Translations under genes and position numbers: made by a program
In this document: piece by piece, positions 57,235 through 64,000 of the stretch
How the letters are laid out: every line of letters begins with the position of its first letter
Numbering within the stretch: the first letter of the stretch is position 1
Source of the DNA: Oligoflexales bacterium
GTDB lineage: Bacteria; Bdellovibrionota_B; Oligoflexia; Oligoflexales; CAIYRB01
Assembly (NCBI GenBank): GCA_041736175.1
Contig: JBGSUI010000188.1
Span: 8,717 to 72,716 of the forward strand
Direction of reading: 5' to 3'
Length of the DNA: 64,000 nucleotides
The notes under the pieces: generated by a model
Databases searched by the model: none
Told to the model about the DNA's origin: nothing
Seen by the model: the letters and a program-made list of their open reading frames with translations, nothing else

Positions 57235-58317
57235 TTACCATATATATTTTAGAGACCTGACGCCCGCAACCGGTAGCTTTGCAAGTGCTCTTTCCATCCA
57301 TTTTTGGTATTCCGCCGCCCTTTTCTGTCGGAATAAAATATCCCTTATTTCCTCCGTAACTTCATCTTTATTTTTGCTTCCGTGACTAACTCTTCTTTCT
57401 AACATCATAATATGATAGCCATAGTCTGATCGAATCACATCACTGATCTGTTGAGGTTGCATAGAAAACGCCCGATCGAACACAGGAATAAGCCCCCCCT
57501 TTGAATACGGCGGCAGGGCGCCTCCCTCGGAGCCTTCTGGCGCTATGGAGTATTTTTTAGCAAGGTTGACAAAATTTTTGGGATTGATCATAGCTCGTAC
57601 TTTTTGTGCCACTGCTTCGTCCCCAATCAAAATATGCCGTATTTCTACGATGTCTCGTTTGGTGAAGTATTTTAAGTTATCTTGGTAATGGGCATTGATT
57701 TCATTCTCTGTAATCACAATCCTAGGATCAATGACTTCCTTAAGGTATTGTTGGAGCAAACTTTTTTCACAGAGTGCTTCTTTGACAAATTTTGAGTCAC
57801 GAAATCTGCTCGGAGAGTTCACCGAAAGCGCTTCGACCTTTTGCCAATCCGATATGCATGAAAGGTATCGTTCCGGTTTGTCGATCGCAAACGTCTCGTC
57901 TTGCAAGAGATAGCCGTAGAGGACTTTTCTTTCGACAATCATGGGAAGAAGCGATTTTTCGAGCGCTTCTTCTAAGGTTGGGGACAATTCGTTTCCATTG
58001 GTCATTCCAAACTGTTCTACTTTGATTTGGTTTTTTATGAGTTGGATTTCCCACTCCAAATCTTGATTGCTAACTTGGGTATCGCCGACTTCAATAATAT
58101 ACTCATTGGCATTGCCCCTAAACCGACTTAGTTGAGACACCTCGTCTCCATAATTGTCGGGTAGTAAGAGCGCCCTAAAAAAGCCTTGATTTTGGACCTT
58201 CCATATCGATGATCCAATATAAAAAAGGACCGCCATTGCTGCCAAGATAGAGACGGTCCTGATAATAAAACGATTTTTTAGAAACGTTTGATCATCGATT
58301 TTTTTGTCGTCGCCCAT
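57235..58317 (-). CDS. membrane-anchored parvulin-type peptidyl-prolyl isomerase (PpiD/PrsA-like)
   Basis: N-terminal TM segment. Rotamase domain EIRHILIGDE...FVNLAKKYSIAPEGSEGGAL...SDYGYHIMMLERR. Confidence 0.75.
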   Translation of the reverse strand: MGDDKKIDDQTFLKNRFIIRTVSILAAMAVLFYIGSSIWKVQNQGFFRALLLPDNYGDEVSQLSRFRGNANEYIIEVGDTQVSNQDLEWEIQLIKNQIKVEQFGMTNGNELSPTLEEALEKSLLPMIVERKVLYGYLLQDETFAIDKPERYLSCISDWQKVEALSVNSPSRFRDSKFVKEALCEKSLLQQYLKEVIDPRIVITENEINAHYQDNLKYFTKRDIVEIRHILIGDEAVAQKVRAMINPKNFVNLAKKYSIAPEGSEGGALPPYSKGGLIPVFDRAFSMQPQQISDVIRSDYGYHIMMLERRVSHGSKNKDEVTEEIRDILFRQKRAAEYQKWMERALAKLPVAGVRSLKYIW

Positions 58318-58394
58318 AGATTCTCCAGATTTCCTAAGTCTCTTGACTCTATTTTACCATAGCCACCAAATGAGCCGATCCTAGGTTAAAACCA

Positions 58395-61300
58395 CTATGA
58401 CCAGAACACGCTCAGTTTAGCGACAAGGAGGATGATTTTGTCGATTATTTCTAAGGAATTGGTAATCGAACCAAAACCCCCATCCTTGACCAACACTCCC
58501 TTTTTAGGGAGCGGCCGGTACACAAGGGGCTGAGAGTCTATAGCTTTTAAAATACCGGCTGCAATCGCCTTATCTGGATCCTTAAAATACAGTTCGATAC
58601 CGATTTTCGTGAATATGAGAGATTCGACACTCATTTTACGTAGATCAATTTTGAGACTTGCTATCCGGTAGATCACAATCATCTCTGGGGGAGGAATTCC
58701 ATAGCAGTCTTTAAGACCTTCATAGACAGACTCTAACTCCTCATGATTTTCACAAGCAAATAAATTTTTATAAATCCGCAAGCGCTCCTTTTCATTTTGA
58801 ATGTATTCTGTTGGGATAAAGACATCGACTGGAATTTTAATTTCCACATCAAATCGCTGTTGATTTGGTTCTCCCTTTAAGAGGCTAATGGATTCAAGCA
58901 GGAGATCCCGATATATTTCCAGCCCCAGATCCTGCACGTGCCCGGATTGGGAGTCACCAAGTAGTTCACCTGCTCCACGAAGCTCAAGATCACGATTAGC
59001 GATTAAAAAGCCAGCTCCCAGCTCTTGATGACTGGCGATAATATCGAGTTTTTTAAGAGACTCTTCGCTTAGCCTCCCTTTGGATTCGACCAACAAATAA
59101 GCATAAGCCTGAACGTTAGACCGTCCGACGCGGCCCCTGATCTGGTAGAGCTGCGCCAAGCCAAACCGATCTGCCTTATCGACAATCAGGGTATTGACGT
59201 TGGGCATATCGATGCCAGCTTCAATGATCGTCGTACAAAGCAAGAGATCGTATTTGTGGTTTAGAAAGTCCCGAATCACTTGTTCGAGATGGTGTTCCCC
59301 CATTTTCCCGTGGGCGACTGCTATACGAGCATCTGGACAATATCGCGCGATTTTAAGGGCGAATTGGTCTATATCTTGCACCCTATTATGAACAAAGAAG
59401 ATCTGTCCTCCCCGAGCAATTTCTTGGGTTATTGCTTTAGAAATAATCTCTTCATCGAATGGGGCAATCACGGTCTTAATGGGCAAGCGTTGTCTGGGGG
59501 GCGTCGCTATCACTGAGATATCCCGTAAGCCAAGCAGTGCCATATGGAGGGTCCTTGGAATCGGTGTGGCACTTAACGTCAACACATGGGCTTTCTCCCG
59601 GAGCTTTTTGAGTTTCTCTTTATGCAGAACTCCAAACCGCTGCTCCTCATCAACCACCAATAACCCTAGTTTAGCTGGCTTGACGTCTTTAGATAATAAT
59701 CGGTGGGTTCCGATAAGGATATCAACCGCCCCCCTGGATAAATCCTCGAGTGATTTGACAACCTGTTTTTGGGGGACAAATCTATTTGCATGGTCCACTC
59801 GAACCCCATATTTTTCCATTCTCTTACTAAATGTCGAGAAATGTTGATAACAGAGAACTGTCGTGGGGACCAATATGAGGACCTGATAACCCTCTAGCAC
59901 CGTGCGCATAGCCGCCCTTAAGGCGATCTCTGTTTTACCAAACCCAACGTCTCCACAGACTAACCGGTCCATAGGTCGGCCAGACCTAAAATCCTGTTCG
60001 ACCTCCTCTAAGACTTTGACCTGATCGTCCGTCTCCTCATAAGGAAAGTCACCTTCAAAGCTAAAAAAAGTCTCATCAGGCTCTACATAGTGATAGCCTT
60101 TCGCCACAAGACGTTTAGCCTGTTCTGTGAGGAGCTGCCTTGCTATTTCAAGGGTTTCTAACTTGACTTTTTGTTTCTTGGCTTCAAAAGATCCACCTAA
60201 GCGGTCCAAGGCCCGTTGATGGGAATGGTCCGTAGAGATTTCATATCGGCTGAGTGCATTGAGACGATCAACTGGAAGATATATTTTATCATTACCAGCA
60301 TACTCAAGAATCAAGAATTCAGTTTGTTGGCCACCAATCGCAAGCTTGGAAAGACCCAAGTAGCGACCCACACCATGCTGGTGATGAACAACTAAATCCT
60401 TTACATTGAGATCCCCAAAATTTTGAAAGGTGCTGCTAAGCTTTCTTTTTGAACTCAGATTAGCCTTGGGACTGATACCTAGGAGCCTATAATCAGGAAT
60501 AAGGATTTTGTTTTCGATTTCAAGGTAAACAGCCTGACTTAGAAAACCCAACTGTAGGAGAATACTTTCTTGTGCAGGATTAGGAGGCAGATTTTCACGA
60601 GCGGTGACGATTGGCAAATTTCTTGCACCAAGAAGACTTTTAATTCTTTCTTGGCGTTCCGTATTTTGTGTCAAAATGGTAATAGAGGTTTGATTCGATA
60701 AATACTCTTTTAACGATTCCATCCAGTGTTCAAAGGGATCGTCTTTTTGGCCTTTAAGGTTGACAATCTCCCAAAGCCCGCCTTGATGGCCTCCCCCAAT
60801 CTGGGAGTCGGCCACTGGTTTGATACCTGTAAAATCAACGGATCTTCCTTTTACGAGATCCGAAAAAGATTCCATAGATTGGCCGGCAAAATGCTCCTCT
60901 AAATCCGATGAAGGCACTTTTTTTTCTTTATCTTTCGCTAGGGCGATCCGGATATCCTCCATAACCCCCTCGTGGGCCATCATGGTTTGATGGATCCCGT
61001 CGGCAAATATCCAAAGGGACTCTCTCGGGAGATAATTCAAACCAGGCTCAGTCTTACCGTTCAAAAACGGCAAATAATGGGCCACAGTATTAGAAAGCTC
61101 GCCCCGCTTAAAGCTTTCGACAAGCTCTAATCGCTCCGCATTCCCAACGCCTCTATCTAAGGCCTGCGAATACAAGGACTGAACAAGTTGTTGCCGTTGG
61201 CTTTCGGAAAAATAAAATTCTGAGGCTGGAGCAAGGATTGCCTCATTTAAACTTTCTATGGAACGCTGGTCAGCCCGGTCAAAAAAGCGTATGGACTTAA

Positions 61301-61910
61301 TCTCATCGAGGAAGATTTCTACCCGTATGGGGTGTGGATAGAGAGGTGAAAAAAAGTCTACAATACCACCTCTCATGCTAAAATTACCTTCAACCTCTAC
61401 GGAATAACTTTCTCGGTAACCTAATGCCAATAAATTGGCTTTTACCTGGTCAGGATCCAACTCCGATCCAATCTTTAGGGGCATTAGGCCACGAAGCAAC
61501 TCGTCCTTTGGCTTGGTCACCTGAAGGAGCCCAGTAAGCGTTGTGAGAATCAGTTGGTTTTGACCAGAATTGATTAGCTTTAGTAAACTATGCTGTCTTT
61601 GAATCCTTTGGTTTCGGTGGTCCACATACCGATCTGTGCCATAATTAGAAATATAGGGAAGAACGGTGACCGTATCTTGGGTCCAAGGCTTTTCGCGAAA
61701 GATCCATTGAAAATGGGTAAACCATTTGGAAAGATCTTTTTGGTGTTCAACCAAAAAAACGACCTTTGAATACTTATTTTTCGAGATCAACTGTGCTGAT
61801 AAAAGCTCTTTAATGGCATCATCACAAGTAGGAATCTGATAACTGAGCCCTTTTTCAAAGGACTTAAAGATACTATCTAAAAGCCCCTGTAAACAGTTTC
61901 CATAAATCAT
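58395..61910 (-). CDS. mfd: transcription-repair coupling factor Mfd
   Basis: About 1170 aa. UvrB-homology N-terminus, RNAP-interaction domain, helicase motifs GDVGFGKTEIA, VVDEEQRFG, LSATPIPRTL and QIRGRVGRS, and a TRCF C-terminal domain. ATG 61910-61908 overlaps the top6A stop (TGATG); the track start 61913 is a TTG. Confidence 0.93.
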   Translation of the reverse strand: MIYGNCLQGLLDSIFKSFEKGLSYQIPTCDDAIKELLSAQLISKNKYSKVVFLVEHQKDLSKWFTHFQWIFREKPWTQDTVTVLPYISNYGTDRYVDHRNQRIQRQHSLLKLINSGQNQLILTTLTGLLQVTKPKDELLRGLMPLKIGSELDPDQVKANLLALGYRESYSVEVEGNFSMRGGIVDFFSPLYPHPIRVEIFLDEIKSIRFFDRADQRSIESLNEAILAPASEFYFSESQRQQLVQSLYSQALDRGVGNAERLELVESFKRGELSNTVAHYLPFLNGKTEPGLNYLPRESLWIFADGIHQTMMAHEGVMEDIRIALAKDKEKKVPSSDLEEHFAGQSMESFSDLVKGRSVDFTGIKPVADSQIGGGHQGGLWEIVNLKGQKDDPFEHWMESLKEYLSNQTSITILTQNTERQERIKSLLGARNLPIVTARENLPPNPAQESILLQLGFLSQAVYLEIENKILIPDYRLLGISPKANLSSKRKLSSTFQNFGDLNVKDLVVHHQHGVGRYLGLSKLAIGGQQTEFLILEYAGNDKIYLPVDRLNALSRYEISTDHSHQRALDRLGGSFEAKKQKVKLETLEIARQLLTEQAKRLVAKGYHYVEPDETFFSFEGDFPYEETDDQVKVLEEVEQDFRSGRPMDRLVCGDVGFGKTEIALRAAMRTVLEGYQVLILVPTTVLCYQHFSTFSKRMEKYGVRVDHANRFVPQKQVVKSLEDLSRGAVDILIGTHRLLSKDVKPAKLGLLVVDEEQRFGVLHKEKLKKLREKAHVLTLSATPIPRTLHMALLGLRDISVIATPPRQRLPIKTVIAPFDEEIISKAITQEIARGGQIFFVHNRVQDIDQFALKIARYCPDARIAVAHGKMGEHHLEQVIRDFLNHKYDLLLCTTIIEAGIDMPNVNTLIVDKADRFGLAQLYQIRGRVGRSNVQAYAYLLVESKGRLSEESLKKLDIIASHQELGAGFLIANRDLELRGAGELLGDSQSGHVQDLGLEIYRDLLLESISLLKGEPNQQRFDVEIKIPVDVFIPTEYIQNEKERLRIYKNLFACENHEELESVYEGLKDCYGIPPPEMIVIYRIASLKIDLRKMSVESLIFTKIGIELYFKDPDKAIAAGILKAIDSQPLVYRPLPKKGVLVKDGGFGSITNSLEIIDKIILLVAKLSVFWS

Positions 61911-63091
61911 CAAATAAAATCTCGTTTTTTGATTTTATCAATAATGATCTTTTCCATTCCCTGAGGATCCCTTGGGTTTACAGATATAAACGATTGCTGC
62001 TCGCAACGTCGTTTATTTTTAACAAGCCACTCTAATATACCCTTTAAGTCCGCATTTTTTTTGTCTTTGAAAAATGGATCGTTTGCCAGTGCATCTTTAG
62101 CTTTCTTTAGCGACCGTGCCTCCTGTGGATCATTCTCTCTCACAGGGTAGTCTACAAGATCATACTGCTGGATATCTTTTGGAAGCACTCCTAAAAACCT
62201 CACTTCGGGTGCACAGAAATCCGAGTTTCTGATCAAAGATGATGCCGACCCTGCCTTAAGGGTTCTGTAGATATTTTGCATTGTATAGGCATCAAGGTCT
62301 CCAAAGAAATAGAGTGGGACTTTAAGTTGATCTTGGATCCTACGCACCCAAGCTCTCACGGCATTTGAAGGGACCCCTTGTGCACCAACGACAATACAGT
62401 TATGACGTTTCGTAAATCCATTGGCTACCAAGGTATTAGCCGTTCCCTGTGATTCAATGACAATACAAAACTCAATGGGAGTCTTAGCCGTTAGCCTAAG
62501 ATTTTGGGGCCGATTGCGAGGCTGGTAGGGAGCCGTGCCCAGAGTCGAAAGGTCAACAGTCGCCACACTGCCATCCAGTTCTGTCTCATTAACTATTAAC
62601 TGTTTAGAATAGGTTTGGCCACCCCGATCATCTGCCACACAGTTAAGCTCTTCTCGATAAGCCTCCATCATTTCGCACAAAAAATCGATCACAGAATCTG
62701 ATTCGTCCTGGTCCTGAAAATCTAGTGGCCTCAATTTGCTTTCATGTTTGATAAGACCCTTGGCAACATAATAAAGCTCTCTTTTTGTGTTGATATTTGA
62801 AATTTCTACATTGCGGAGCAAAATTTCTAACATAAAAATTGCCCGGGTAATTTTTTTAACCGAAGTCGCATTGAGTTCAGAAGTCACCTTTTTACTACCT
62901 GGTGACAAGTATCCGATTTTACTATTATAATGAGCATTGTCAAGAGCGCATTTAGTCGCCTTCAGCACAGGTCTTCGAGCTTTCTCCAAATCTGCTAACA
63001 TTCTTTCACATAGATCCTGCCCTAAGTGAATAACGTCACTCTCCGTTTTTTTGACGCGTCTAAACTGGCTATTGATTTCCAATGGATGCAC
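61910..63091 (-). CDS. top6A: DNA topoisomerase VI subunit A (Spo11/Top6A family)
   Basis: 393 aa. Catalytic-Tyr motif TKRELYYV in the winged-helix/5Y-CAP region. Toprim Glu (IVIESQGT) and a DxD motif (FFGDLDAYTMQNIY). Sits directly downstream of a Top6B-like gene. Confidence 0.75.
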   Translation of the reverse strand: MHPLEINSQFRRVKKTESDVIHLGQDLCERMLADLEKARRPVLKATKCALDNAHYNSKIGYLSPGSKKVTSELNATSVKKITRAIFMLEILLRNVEISNINTKRELYYVAKGLIKHESKLRPLDFQDQDESDSVIDFLCEMMEAYREELNCVADDRGGQTYSKQLIVNETELDGSVATVDLSTLGTAPYQPRNRPQNLRLTAKTPIEFCIVIESQGTANTLVANGFTKRHNCIVVGAQGVPSNAVRAWVRRIQDQLKVPLYFFGDLDAYTMQNIYRTLKAGSASSLIRNSDFCAPEVRFLGVLPKDIQQYDLVDYPVRENDPQEARSLKKAKDALANDPFFKDKKNADLKGILEWLVKNKRRCEQQSFISVNPRDPQGMEKIIIDKIKKRDFI

Positions 63092-63129
63092 TCCTCAGTG
63101 TACAGGTGAAAATTCGCAGCCTTCTTAAA

Positions 63130-64000
63130 TCATACTTGGCGGCGATTTACCTTTGGTAGGGCTGTCTTTTCAACCTCTATTTGCGTCTTAGTCTCTTGCT
63201 CCGCCTCTTTGGAAATTGTATCGAAAAGGGTCGACATCTTCTGCCGCTTTTCTTCTAGATAATCAGCAAGTCGGTCCTCTGCAGCCGCTAAATCTTTGGC
63301 GATCCCTTTGGCATCCGACTCCAATATTTTTGCAAGTCCTTTAGTCGCAACTTGCTTGCGACCTTCGGAAGCCCCTAAGATGCGCGCTAAGGCTTCGATT
63401 AAGATCGGCCCAAATTGTTCGATATGCTGAACTCTTTGCTCCAGTTCGTCTGCCTTATGCTCCCGAGCCAAATACCGGGACAACCTTTGACCGGTCTGCA
63501 TTAGAGCTTTTCTCAGCTCTTCCACAAGCTCATCAGAGGCATCGATCGTTTCTTTGGAGGCGTTTTTAAAGCGAATAAACGGCGAAACAACGCTGATGGC
63601 AAAGATATAGGGTCCTTGGGGTAAACCACCACGGGGGTGTTTGAGTCCATAGGACCTCCAGTTAACGGAGGTGATCGCTCGCACGATCGCGCAGGACGCT
63701 TTGTCAAATTGGAGGGGGACTCTATTAGCAAAGCGAAGCACCTGGACTGATTCTTCTAAATCGACCCCACTGCGCTCCTTAAGCCTAGCAATGGCCACTT
63801 CGACTTGAACTGGCTTAAAGTCACAGATCGCAGGCTTCCGTGTCAGCACCGCAAAGTAATCGATCTCACCCAGCCGTCGGACGCTTAATGCTAGACTTTC
63901 TTCGCCGACGGCAATGACCGTCTGGGTGGAAGGTGCCATCAACTTGGCCTTTTGGATGCTGCCAAAAAGTAGTTTAAATTGCTCGTCCGTTAAAACATCA
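63130..64000 (-). CDS. top6B: DNA topoisomerase VI subunit B, C-terminal transducer part (gene continues past window end)
   Basis: RFANRVPLQFDKASCAIVRAITSVNWRSYGL...GPYIFAISVVSPFIRFKNASKETI matches the remembered Top6B transducer block (RFAN..PL.Y....C.I......W..YGL). The frame is open from 63942 to base 64000, by my own check. Confidence 0.75.
   Translation of the reverse strand, partial: DVLTDEQFKLLFGSIQKAKLMAPSTQTVIAVGEESLALSVRRLGEIDYFAVLTRKPAICDFKPVQVEVAIARLKERSGVDLEESVQVLRFANRVPLQFDKASCAIVRAITSVNWRSYGLKHPRGGLPQGPYIFAISVVSPFIRFKNASKETIDASDELVEELRKALMQTGQRLSRYLAREHKADELEQRVQHIEQFGPILIEALARILGASEGRKQVATKGLAKILESDAKGIAKDLAAAEDRLADYLEEKRQKMSTLFDTISKEAEQETKTQIEVEKTALPKVNRRQV

Noticed and set aside
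61910-63091. Reading the Toprim protein as a defence nuclease (JetD/OLD-like) rather than Top6A
   Set aside because: It has the Spo11-type winged-helix domain with an RELYY catalytic-Tyr motif. It also sits directly after a gene with the Top6B transducer signature, and there are no SMC/JetABC or OLD ATPase partners.
1-64000. rRNA genes, tRNA genes, CRISPR arrays, IS elements and prophage modules
   Set aside because: Visual scanning of intergenic regions and the ORF track found none. Small RNAs cannot be excluded without covariance-model searches.

Overview
This is a 64 kb chromosomal window from a diderm (Gram-negative-type) bacterium; LptF/G, SurA and several outer-membrane beta-barrel proteins support that. 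All calls come from reading the sequence and the ORF track and from remembered family motifs. No database or HMM search was possible.

Core content:
- A complete minus-strand S10-spc-alpha ribosomal superoperon (40.6-55.1 kb), running rpsJ to rplQ and including secY, adk, infA, rpmJ and rpoA. I found rpmJ by hand.
- recN, rlmN, an LptF/G-family permease gene, mfd with two parvulin/SurA-type chaperone genes, a SWIM-SNF2 helicase, a P-type cation ATPase and a PAS histidine kinase.

Accessory or unusual content, roughly in order of interest:
1. An AT-rich, tightly packed five-gene minus-strand operon (27.1-36.9 kb). All five products look exported or membrane-bound: two alkaline-phosphatase-fold enzymes with Thr in place of the sulfatase Cys/Ser, a beta-rich 343-aa protein, a 910-aa orphan and a TIM-barrel-like hydrolase. 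It lies downstream of an HD-GYP gene. This is my best candidate for an undescribed system.
2. A 3.1 kb segment between the histidine kinase gene and rlmN, bounded by ~57 bp direct repeats. It carries a sharply GC-rich AbiEi/AbiEii type IV toxin-antitoxin cassette and has no recombinase.
3. A bacterial topoisomerase VI pair (top6B partial, top6A) whose stop overlaps the mfd start.
4. A perfectly 14-bp-phased TGACT(C/A)A heptamer array upstream of an ORC/Cdc6-like ATPase gene, which is followed by a 164-aa stand-alone asparaginase N-domain gene.
5. rplX (L24) is missing from the otherwise canonical rplN-rplE junction.

I found no rRNA, tRNA, CRISPR array, transposase or integrase.
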